A DNA stretch of 63,645 nt, filler included, from Sluysia triapertura (taxonomy: Eukaryota), in NCBI GenBank assembly GCA_046118255.1. It is 5 parts of 5 records of this genome, joined end to end, with 100 filler letters (N's around TTAATTAATTAA, not from the genome) between each part and the next. Parts side by side here need not be neighbours in the genome. Positions count along the whole stretch, not along the records: positions 1 to 16,532 come from JBJNIA010201707.1; 4 more parts are not named here. The stretch is one strand, 5' to 3'. The position numbers were made by a program, and so were the translations under genes. Every line of letters starts with the position of its first letter. Position 1 is the stretch's first letter. Shown here in pieces: positions 1-10,253 of this stretch. A model generated the notes under the pieces. That model did no database searches. It was given only the letters and a program-made list of their open reading frames with translations, and had not been told where the DNA came from.

Positions 1-1
1 A

Positions 2-229
2 GATCTAAATTTAATAATTAAAGGAATAAAAATTAATGGGTATATTTGTCAATCAGGACATAAAAATATTGGGAATATTTATCAAAACGAACATCATAAT
101 CACGGCCATGTCATTCAAAACCATCAACAGAATTTAGGGAATGTTATTCAAAGAGATCAACAAAATTTAGGTGAAGTCATTCAAGATTTAAACCCTCGCC
201 TAGAGAAAGAACCAAAAATAGGTTTCTAA
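2..229 (+). CDS. 5'-truncated hypothetical protein with 11-aa Q/N/G repeats, ending DLNPRLEKEPKIGF
   Basis: Frame open from base 2 to TAA 227-229: ...QSGHKNIGNIY QNEHHNHGHVI QNHQQNLGNVI QRDQQNLGEVI QDLNPRLEKEPKIGF*. Confidence 0.7.
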   Translation, partial: DLNLIIKGIKINGYICQSGHKNIGNIYQNEHHNHGHVIQNHQQNLGNVIQRDQQNLGEVIQDLNPRLEKEPKIGF

Positions 230-244
230 AGGAGAATTTATGAA
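185..244 (+). repeat. 60-bp direct repeat, copy 1 (C-terminal tail + stop + RBS + next ATG)
   Basis: gatttaaaccctcgcctagagaaagaaccaaaaataggtttctaaaggagaatttatgaa is identical at 185-244 and 1873-1932. Confidence 0.97.
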
Positions 245-488
245 AATAAATAATATGCAAATAGAATGTTTAAAAAATGTTGAAAATCAACTAGCAGAAA
301 TATATAGCGATCTTATTAATTTAACAAATGAAATTAATAATGTTTATGTTCGTTCACAAGTAAATAGATTACTAAACAACATTAAAAGCACTAAGTGAGT
401 AGTTGAAAAAGTAGAATTAGATATTTCAGAAGAACAATTAATTCGAAATAGAAAAATTTTAGAAATAAAATTTGGTCATAAAAATTAG
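240..488 (+). CDS. Hypothetical helical protein (82 aa, code 4)
   Basis: AAGGAG RBS, ATG 240, one TGA=W, TAG 486-488. One extra A in the A5 run at 480-484 would give the C-terminus ...HKKLEF*. Confidence 0.7.
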
Positions 489-507
489 AATTCTAAAGGA
501 GAAATAT

Positions 508-849
508 ATGAAAACTAAAGAAATTATTAAAGTTGAAAATTTAGAACCAGTAAATGCTATAGATGATAATTATGAATTCAATGCTTATGAAGAATATAAA
601 GAAGCTCAAAATTTAATAAAAAACTATTTTCGCAAAACGAATCCGCACGAAAAAATCAGAGCGGGTGTTATTGCTAAAGAATATATTGTTGATAATTATC
701 CAATTATTAAACAACAAGCCCAAGACAAATGTTTAAATATGAAATGAATTGATAAATTCTACACATGTGAAATAGTTAAAAATACTTACGGAAAGCTATT
801 ATATGTGAAATTCAATGATCGAGAAATATTAAAAGAAATAGGAATATAG
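508..849 (+). CDS. Hypothetical protein (113 aa, code 4), paralog of the 16138 ORF
   Basis: AAGGAG RBS, ATG 508, reads through TGA 745-747 (KWIDKFY) to TAG 847-849; ends LKEIGI. Confidence 0.8.
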
Positions 850-876
850 GCGTAATTAAACCTAAACAAAACTAAA

Positions 877-1917
877 ATGGAAAATTTTAAATTATTAATT
901 TGAAAATATTTAGATGAATATAAAGGTGGCAAAAGATCTTTTATTCATTTTTACCAAGACATCATTCAACTAGAACCGGAAGGTTTTAGTGATTTTTGAA
1001 ATAACAATTTTAAAACAAAATATAATTCAACCAATTTTATTAGAAGATGCATTGGGGAATACGGTCGTAACAATAAAAACATCGTTTATTTCCGGAAAAC
1101 TGATAGCTACATGAAGATATTGCGCACTTACCAATATAAAAATGAAGTCGAATTTATTAATCAAACAAATGAGTCTTTACCTAATAAATATGATCACTCT
1201 GTAGAATATATGATTAAAACAAATTCCTTAAATATTGTGCAAGACCTAGAAAATTCTATTTATAGTTCTGTAACAGAAGGAAACCGAATAGATTCTATCG
1301 AAAAATTCGAACAAGCCCCTAATTCCTCTAGAGATAAAAAAGAAATTTTAAATATTTTAAAAGCTAGAGAATATTTAAATGAGAATAAGTCTAATGAAAA
1401 ATTAACTAAGGAAGATATTATTGTAATTTGAAGTTTAATATATCCTAAAGAATTGCATACATATAGAACTCAAAATGTTTTTATAACTGATGGATATAAG
1501 GCAATTGACCCATTATTGATTCAAAAAGAAATGAACAAATGAATCAAAGCATATAATATTAAACCTAAATCACCATCAGCGGCATTAATTAATTGTATGG
1601 TCCTGCATGCATGGTTTGAAAGCATTCACCCATTCCCTGATGGAAACGGTAGAACCGGAAGATTATTAAATGAATATTACTTTAAAATTCATAGATTAAC
1701 TAAAAATTGTACTTTAGATTACACGACATGAATTAATTTTCCTCCTTTATATAAACAAGAATTAAGAGCATTACAAGAAACAAAAAACATCGAAAATTAT
1801 ATAAAAACTAATATGAAATTTATTCATATAAATATTGAAAAATCTAAACAAATCAACAATACTAAATCAATTGATTTAAACCCTCGCCTAGAGAAAGAAC
1901 CAAAAATAGGTTTCTAA
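877..1917 (+). CDS. fic: Fic-domain protein (AMPylase-type), 346 aa
   Basis: Continuous code-4 ORF with canonical HPFPDGNGRTGR motif (~1627-1662) and an upstream SSVTEGN matching the (S/T)xxxE(G/N) inhibitory helix. Confidence 0.92.
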
Positions 1918-1932
1918 AGGAGAATTTATGAA
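1873..1932 (+). repeat. 60-bp direct repeat, copy 2
   Basis: Identical to 185-244; supplies the Fic C-terminus and the dnaG RBS/start. Confidence 0.97.
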
Positions 1933-3529
1933 TTTAAAATCAATCAATACTAAAGAATTCCTTAAAAAAATAGACATTGTTCAGGTAATAGGAAAGGAAC
2001 ATAACTTAATCAAAAAAGGTAGAAACTATATGTGTTTATGTCCATTCCATGCTGATAAGCACCCAAGTATGACCGTTTCACAATCTAAACAACTATATAA
2101 ATGTTTTTCATGCGGAGCTGGCGGCGATGCAATAAAATTTATTCAAGCTAGTAAAAAAATTTCATTCCCAGAAGCTATCAAATTACTATCTAAACAAAAC
2201 AACATAGATCTATCTAATATATCTTTATCAAAAAATATCAAAACATTCGATTTAAAATCTCAAATTTCATTTAAAGAATTAGAAAGATTTTATGAAATTA
2301 ATAATCAAGCTTTAAATTTCTATAAATATCAATTAAATAATAGCAAGCCTTGCCAAATTTATCTAAGTGAAAGACAAATAAATAATGATTCTATTAATAA
2401 ATATAAATTAGGTTATTCAGGTGAGTCAGAAAAATTTATCAATTATTTACTAGCTAAAGAATTTACAAACGAAGAAATTATTAAATATGGTTTAGGACAT
2501 TTAAATTCAGAAAATAAAATAGTTCCTAATTTTTACAATAGATTAATGTTTCCAATCTTTGATATTAACAATAATTGTGTAGGTTTTTCAGGAAGAGATA
2601 TAAATCAGAATCCACAAATTAAATATTTGAATTCGCCAGAGACACCTTATTACACAAAAGGAGATTATTTATTTAACTTAAACAATTCTAAAGATTTAAT
2701 TAAAAATAATAACCAAATCATAATTGTTGAGGGACCATTAGATTTAATATCTATTGGGCAAACAAAAGTTGAAAACACTGTTTGCTTATTCGGCACTTCG
2801 ATAACAAATCAACATATAAACCAAATTTCTAAATTAACAGAAAACATTGTTTTATCTTTAGACTCAGACAGTGCTGGTCAACTAGCTATAGAAAAATATC
2901 AAACTAAATTAAAAGATAAATTTAATCTCTATCGATTAAACTTAAACAATTCTAAAGATCCTGATGAATGAATAAAACAACATCCTAACAAATCAATATT
3001 AAACCAAATAGATTCTATTTCTGAACGAACGAATATTCAGATAATAGAAAATTCAAAAACAAATAAAGGAAATAATATGCAAATCAATCAATCAATGGAA
3101 GAATTTGAAAAACAAAAACAAGAATTTATTAATCAAATAGATTCTATTGCTAAACAAAACAACATCTCTTATGAGACAAATGATAAAGCTCAATTTGTTA
3201 AATTTACAAAAGATAACAAAACTTATCTAATTTGTACAAAATTTTATCCACGAAAAACAATCCCTAAAACAATTGAGGTCATTCCTCTTTCTAGCAGAAA
3301 TCAAATTGTTAATGAATTTAAGGTAAAATTAGGCCTAATTCAAGCAACTAAGAAAGAAGCAAATAAATCATACTCAAAAACAAAAACCAACGAAAAAACA
3401 ATAACTATTCCTATGGAGGAATACATAAAACTTTCTGAGTATAGATCTAAATATTTTAATTTAATAAAGTCTAAAGAATTCGAAAAAAAGCAAATTAATC
3501 TAGATAATTCACCAAAAATAGAATTCTAG
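1928..3529 (+). CDS. dnaG: DnaG-type DNA primase (CHC2 zinc finger + TOPRIM) with a 150-aa C-terminal extension, 533 aa
   Basis: CPFH..CFSC zinc-binding domain, KYLNSPET, VEGPLD, DSDSAG, KDPDEW. TGA 2969 is Trp and the frame continues without a stop into the 3077-3529 ORF. Confidence 0.92.
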
Positions 3530-3557
3530 ATATAATAAAAATTCAAACTTTAGTTTA

Positions 3558-3586
3558 AATAGTAGAAAAAAAATCTACTATTTTTT
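3558..3586 (+). terminator. Intrinsic terminator after dnaG
   Basis: aatagtaga-(A7)-tctactatt stem followed by a T run. Confidence 0.7.
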
Positions 3587-3784
3587 ATATATAAATTTAA
3601 TAATTACAGTTTTTAAAATATTTAAAATTTTAAGAAAACAACTAGTATAGTAAATATATATACTAATTAAAATTTAATTATATTTAACATTATTATTAAC
3701 ATTAATATAACATTAATATAACATTAGGAATTTTTAAATTCTTTTAAACCCTTTAATAGAACCATTTTTTTATATAATTTTTTT

Positions 3785-3869
3785 TTCAATAAAGGAAAAA
3801 CTATACTTCAATAAAGGAAAAACTATACTTCAATAAAGGAAAAACTATACTTCAATAAAGTAAAACTAT
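3785..3869. repeat. Replication origin iterons (3 perfect 22-bp units + 1 degenerate)
   Basis: ttcaataaaggaaaaactatac at 3785, 3807 and 3829, then ttcaataaagtaaaactat. An AT-rich region with 11-bp taacattaata repeats (~3697-3726) lies upstream, and rep lies immediately downstream. Confidence 0.9.
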
Positions 3870-3933
3870 TAATAAATAAGTAAAAATATATATAAAAATA
3901 CTTTTTAATAAAAATTTAGTATATAATTAAAAC

Positions 3934-4707
3934 ATGGTTAATAATATATATATGTCTAAAAAACTAGAAATGATTTTAAAAGATGAAAAAGTGATTATTA
4001 GTAATAATTTTGCTCAATCACATTTATCACACAATCTAAATAAAATACAGTGAAATATATTTTTCTATGGAATATTAAAAATAAATAAATGCAAAGATAA
4101 TATATGTAAATTTTATGTTCAAGATTTTTGTAATGATAGTGGTTTATTAATAAATAATTTTTATAATTATGCCGAATCTAATTTTAAATTTATTAGAACA
4201 TTAGCCATTACTACTAAAAATCCTAAATATAAAATATATTCAGAAACTAATATTTTTTCAAAAATAAATTATGAAGATGGAGAAATTTCTTTTGTAATAA
4301 ATCCTGATCTCCTAGATGAATTTAAAAATTTATCTAAAAATTGTACATACCAAGATTTTAAAACTTTTATAAGTTTTAATAGTAGTTATTCAAAAAGAAT
4401 ATATATTTATTTTCGAAGTTTATATATTCCTAATAAGGAAATTTCTAAAATTTTTACAATAGAAGAATTTCAATCAATTTTTGATGTTCAAAAAACATAT
4501 AAATCTACTAGTGATATTAAAAAAACAATAATAGATAATTCCTTAAATGATATAAATGAAAATTGTGAAGATTTTTTAATGTCTTATAGTGATATTAAAA
4601 AACCTAACAGTAAAAAAATAATAGGATTTAAATTTAAAGTTATACCGAGGGTTAAAGGTTTATTTGTGCAAGAACAACTAGAAAAAGGAGAAAGTGAATC
4701 CTTATAA
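3934..4707 (+). CDS. rep: Plasmid replication initiator, Rep_3/RepB family (~257 aa; alternative start 3952)
   Basis: Code-4 ORF absent from the ORF track. ISNNFAQS..LNKIQWNIF, SFVINPDL..F.NL, FNSSYSKRIY, IEEFQSIF..Y..IKK.II..L.DIN and KIIGFKF resemble Rep_3 winged-helix initiators; adjacent to iterons. Confidence 0.85.
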
Positions 4708-4717
4708 GGAGAAAGAT

Positions 4718-6589
4718 ATGAAAAAGTGATTAACTAGTTTAGGAATGATAGGAATTTTAAGTTTTGGAACAGGAACAATTACTCAAGCCACTTACAATAT
4801 TGTTTCACAAAATTTAAAGACAATAAATTTTACTTTTGAAAATGTCAATGTAAAAACTACTGCTCAATTTACCGGTATATATCAAGATAAATTTGGGTAT
4901 TTATGGGCTAAAGCTACACCTGATGTACTTAAAAAACCTCTAGTTGGAGGTCTATGAAAATCTACCGATGGAGGAAAAACTTTTACCCAAATAACTAACG
5001 GTATTGGAAGCGATTGAACTATTCTATTTATATTTCAAGACAAAAATGGTGTATATTGAACCGGCGGTTTACTAAAAGGTCTATGAAAATCTACCGATGG
5101 AGTAAATTTTACCCAAATAACTAGTAGCGGAATCGGAACCGATTGAAATATAAATGGTGTATTTCAAGACAAATCAGGAATCATATGAGTTGGTGTGTGT
5201 GGTGGTAATGTTCATCCCTATGAGCTATTAAAATCTACTGATGGAGGGAATACTTTTACCCCAGTGACCGTATCTAATGCATCATATAAAGACGTAACTA
5301 TTTATTTTCAAGATAAAAACGGATATATGTGACTTACTGCAAATGATGGGTTATATAAAACATCTGATGGAATAAATTTTATAAGAATTCCTGACACTCC
5401 CACAGTATCATTTAAATATGTCATTGAGCTTGCCCAAGATAAAGCTGGAAATATATGAGCTGCTATAGATATGAGAGGTCTATGAAAATCTACCGATGGA
5501 GTAAATTTTACAAATACCTGAGTAAATAATAGTTCCATATCGTGCATTCTTCAAGACAAAATAGGCATATATTGAATATCATATGGTGGATTATCTAAAT
5601 CTACCGATGGAGTAAATTTTACAGATATAACTTTTAACCAAGAAATCGGAGTGAATTCAATTTTTCAAGATGATATTGGAAATCTTTGAGTTGCCACCAC
5701 CGGCGGAATATTTAAATCTACTGATGAAAATTTTAATGGTGTAGGATATAAAACCCAAGGTAAAGAAGTGGTTGCCTTTTATCAAGGACAACCTTATAAG
5801 TTTATTAATGCCGATACATTGTTTTACGTTAATGATAGTGCAGTTGACAAAGTAACTATCAATGGGAAAGATTATATTAATACTGGTGAATTTAATTATA
5901 CGTTAACAGCAAAAGAAAATGGAGGAATATTTAATATTGTTGTATCTAAAAAAGACAAAACATCACAAAACTATTATTTTTATATTAAACAAAGTGTTAA
6001 CCCCTCAACTAACCAATTCTCCACAGATAATGCTTATAAATTAACGCAATATCTCGGACAATATAATTGAGGAAAAGAAACAATTAATTTCTTATTCGTT
6101 CAAGGAGATAATGGTTCACCGGATCTAAAATATATTTTAAACGACCCAATTTTAGATTTAACAACTTCTACTTATCAAAGTTGTGATATGGTGAACGGAA
6201 AAATTGTTCTTAAAGGACAAGCAACCAAGTTTCCCCAAAATAACGGGGTCATTTCCGGTTATGGGTTATATTTAATGACTATTCAAGACAAGCTAGGAAA
6301 TAAAATTCAATACTTATTACAAGTAGGTAAAACTACTGAAAAACCTATCGTTCAAAAAGCCGAGGATAAAAAGGCTAGTGGAACTTCGCTAATCCCCGGG
6401 AAACCAATTCCTCCAGCACCAAATAATTCTACAAATGGTTTAAATAATGGAACAATTGCTTTAATAGCTATGGCTTCTGTTGCAATTTTTTTACTAGCAT
6501 GCTCATTAACATATCGTTTTGGAATTGCCCGTAGAAAATATCTCAAAAAATTAAAACAACACAAGGAGGCAGGTGGTAAAGATGATTAG
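4718..6589 (+). CDS. Surface-anchored 7-bladed beta-propeller adhesin-like protein (623 aa)
   Basis: N-terminal MKKWLTSLGMIGILSFG signal; seven QD(K/D)xGxxW...(W/Y/F)KSTDG repeats (BNR/Asp-box and Reg_prop-like); Pro-rich linker; C-terminal TM helix and basic tail. Merges track ORFs 4745, 5768 and 6188. Confidence 0.85.
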
Positions 6590-6845
6590 TCAAATTATAT
6601 TTAATTCTGTAGAAGCACAAGTTTTTCAATGATTTATGTCAAATGTTATGGTTTGAATTTATGTAATCTTAGCAATTGGTGGTTTATGTGGTGTCGGTTG
6701 ACAAATATATCATTTAATTACTAAAGTTGATGAAAGACCAAAATACGTAAAACATTTAGTTTTTACAATAATTATTTTAGCAGTTGCATTAAGTTTATAT
6801 TCAATAATTATTTATGCAATAGTCCCAGCATACATTCAAGGTTAA
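6582..6845 (+). CDS. Small 2-TM pilin/VirB2-like protein (87 aa)
   Basis: GGAGG RBS, overlaps the adhesin stop, two hydrophobic helices, located before the VirB6- and VirB4-like genes. Confidence 0.6.
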
Positions 6846-6849
6846 ATTT

Positions 6850-7869
6850 ATGTCAGGAATCATATTAGACATTTTTAATTATATATTTTGACCTATAGCG
6901 CTAGTTATACTAGGTTTAATATATGGTTTGCAATGAGTGTTTAATTGATTGAGTGGTAGTTGATTATTTAACGGAATTTTAGGGGATTCAGTAATGAATA
7001 CTTTATGAATTGTGTTAATTCTAATAGGAACATGTTTCCTATTATTTGTAATTGCAATATTAATCTTTAAAGCTGTTAATAATCACAATATGACCATTCA
7101 TTTACAAAAAGGTTCTTTTCGCGCTTTTTGCTTATTTTTCTTTTGATTGATTTTACCAATTCTTTTTTTTAATAGCTTAATGGTCTTTGGTGGAATAATC
7201 GATTTAATATTTAAATCAGTTAATATCCAACAATTAAGTTTTGCTAATTTAGTACATCTAATGGGTTATACATCTAATGGTGCTTACAATAGTCACGCTA
7301 GTGAAAATTGAGATACTCCTCCTGTATGAGGGGAATATAATATCTTTGTTACAATAGTTGCCGGAGTTTGTGTAATAAAAATTCTTTTTGAATATTGCAT
7401 AATGTTAATTAAACGAATTTTTGATCTAATGATGCTATGATTTTCTTTTCCTATGGTATCAGCTCCTGTAGTTGCTGAAGAAAACGTTTCTAAATTACTA
7501 GCTTGAAAAGATGCCTTTGTTTCGACCCTTTGAACGGCCATCATTTGCATTATAAGTTTTCTAGTGTTTAGTTCTATAACACCATTAATTTTAAATAAAA
7601 TGCGTGAATCTTTATATGGCATTGCTTTCGGAGGTTGAATTTGATTTGCCTTTGTAATTATTTGGGTTATTGGTGGTGGTAAAGGATCAATCGCTGGAAT
7701 TCAAATGATTGTTCAAATTATGGGCACAAGCAATAATCCATACCATAATATCAATCAAGAAATGGGCAAAGCCGCCAGAATCGGTAAAAAACCATTGAGC
7801 TGAGGCAAAAAAGCAATCATGAATTCAAACCCCGTAACATCCGTTGCAAATAAGGTGATGAAATTATAA
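6850..7869 (+). CDS. Polytopic membrane protein, VirB6/TrbL-like (339 aa)
   Basis: Code-4 ORF with ~7 hydrophobic segments and an IKRIFDLMMLWFSFPMV motif typical of VirB6-like proteins; position in the tra operon. Confidence 0.7.
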
Positions 7870-7872
7870 GAT

Positions 7873-10251
7873 ATGACAAACTATGATAAACAAAAAGTAA
7901 TTATTCCTAAAAGTAGTAAAAAAGTAGGAATCTATTGATTTAAAAACCTTAACAGTTTTGAGCTGTTATGGCTAGTCGGTTTAGTAATTATTGATGTTTT
8001 TATTATCGGCTTCTCATCTGGGATTGCATTCAGAATCATTATCACTATTGTTTTATTCTTAATTGGTTTAATTTCAGTTTTGAATTTTAACGGTAAAAAA
8101 ATTTACCAGATGTTTTATATATACCTAAAATGACTCCATGTTATTAAGCATGATGTGATAGGTTATAAAGAAGTTAAAGATAATAATTATCAAATTAATA
8201 ATCAATATTTTAGTTGTTTTTCCATTAATGCTGAGTCTATTGACTTTCTATCAGAAGAAGATGTTCATAAAGTTTTAGCTAACTTTTGAAATTTAATCAA
8301 ATCTATCCCAAATGGGTGTTTTATCAAAATCCCCCAAACATATAATTTTGATAGTTATCATGAGATGATTAAAAATTTCTCTAAAAACTTTCTTTTAAAA
8401 GAAGAAAAAATAATCAATAACTTTACAAATTCTCAAAATGTTAGTGAAATTTACTTTGTCGTTTATGATTCTAAGCTAGAAAAATTAAACACTTATAAAA
8501 ACAAGTTAATTTCTTTTTTCAATAATAACTTTATTAAGTATTCTCAAACATCATTTGACAAAATAAGAAATTATTTTGGTTCTAATTGAACTTTTGAAAA
8601 TAAAAACTTTATTAAGAAAAATAAAGACAAAGGTTTTATTTGACAAGTTCGCGATATGGCCATTGAGAATAATTCATTCTTTTTAAGGGATTTGTTTAAT
8701 GTTAAAAATTGTTTTACTATTTTAAATTTCAAAGAAATTGAACAACAAACAGCTAAAAAACAATTAGATAATATCATTAATAAAATAAACTATAATCAAA
8801 CAAAATATTCCAAATCATCACAAATGATGGAATCAAACATGATCTTTGATGCAATAAATTTACAATTAAGTTCGATTGTTGATAACACCGATAGTTTTAA
8901 ATTAATCGATTTATATGTAGGATCTATCTCTTCAAATAAATCTGATTTAGTTGCCGCCGATGCGGCTATAAGAAATAGTTGTAAAATTGCCAACTTCTCT
9001 TTAGACACATTTAAAAATGAACAACACCTAATGCTTAAAAAAGCCTTATCATTCCAAAATACTTTAAACCGTAATTCATTAAATATGACAGGTGAAAGTT
9101 TAGCATGTGGTTACTTTTTATCTAAAAACATTTTAAAAGATGAAAAAGGTATGCTAGTTGGCGCTGATAACCAAGGAAACCCCGTATTTTTAAATATCTT
9201 TACAATTAATAATAAACGTAAACATCATAACTGTGTGTTGTTTGGAACGCCGGGGTCTGGCAAAACAACCCTCCTAAAAAAAATGTTAGTTTGAAATAAT
9301 TTAAACAAACATCGTATTTTTTTAATCGATGTCGAAGATGAATATTCCGAATGATTTAAAGAACAACAAGGGAAAATCATTGATTTAGCTGGTGGCAAAA
9401 CAACCATAAATCCTTTAGAAATTTTCCTAGATGAAGGAACTAGTTATAGAGCTAACATATCAACGCAATTGATTATGTTATCTAACTTTTTATTAATGTT
9501 GTATCCAGCAATCGAACAAGCCCCCAAAGAATACATTTTAAAAGTCATTGAAAAATTATATAAAAAACTACTAAAAAATGAAAATTCTAAAAATATAAAA
9601 TGATTCACATTTAGTGATGTGATCAAAGAAGCTAAGAAAGATAAAGAACAATATGAAATTGTTTCTTTCTACTTAGAACCATTAATTCAACGATATGGTG
9701 AATATTGAAACAAACCAACTAATATAACTATAAATTCTAAAGATATGTTGATTTGCGCTAGATTACAAAATAAAGACAATCAAGAAATCGATATGGATTC
9801 TAAAGTATTATCAATTCAAATTTATTTAATAACTAAGTATTTAAATAAAATCATCTACTCTGCTAGAGAAACAAACCAACGTTGCCTAATAATTTTAGAC
9901 GAAGCCCATAAGTTAGTAAGCGACGATAATGAATTCATCCTAACCTATTTATCAAACCTTTCTAAACGTGTAAGAAAATATAATACCGCTCTAATTTTAG
10001 CAACACAAAACATTTCTGATTTTACATCTAGTAAAACCAATGAAAAATATTTCTCAAACATTTTTAAATGTATGCAGTATTTCTTTTATGGTGGCATGCA
10101 TGCCCAAGATATATCTTCTCTAGATTCTTTATTAAAAGATTCTGGAGGGTTAACTGATTCCCAAAAATCTTTTTTAACTATTGCTGAAAAAGGCCAGTTC
10201 ATTTTACAAACAGATAATACTAATTTCATTAGCTTAAAGGTGTTGATATAA
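7873..10251 (+). CDS. virB4: VirB4/TraE conjugation ATPase with N-terminal PrgI/VirB3-like TM domain (792 aa)
   Basis: Continuous in code 4. N-terminal VIIPK.. plus 2 TM; HNCVLFGTPGSGKT Walker A; IILDEAH Walker B; KRVRKYN..LATQ. Confidence 0.92.
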
Positions 10252-10253
10252 CT

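Noticed and set aside
1-10. agatctaaat match to 3443-3452 as proof of circular closure
   Set aside because: Only 10 bp in AT-rich DNA, and a different frame is open through the window start; insufficient evidence.
3785-3869. Tandem repeats as a CRISPR array
   Set aside because: No spacers and no cas genes; 22-bp head-to-tail units beside rep are iterons.
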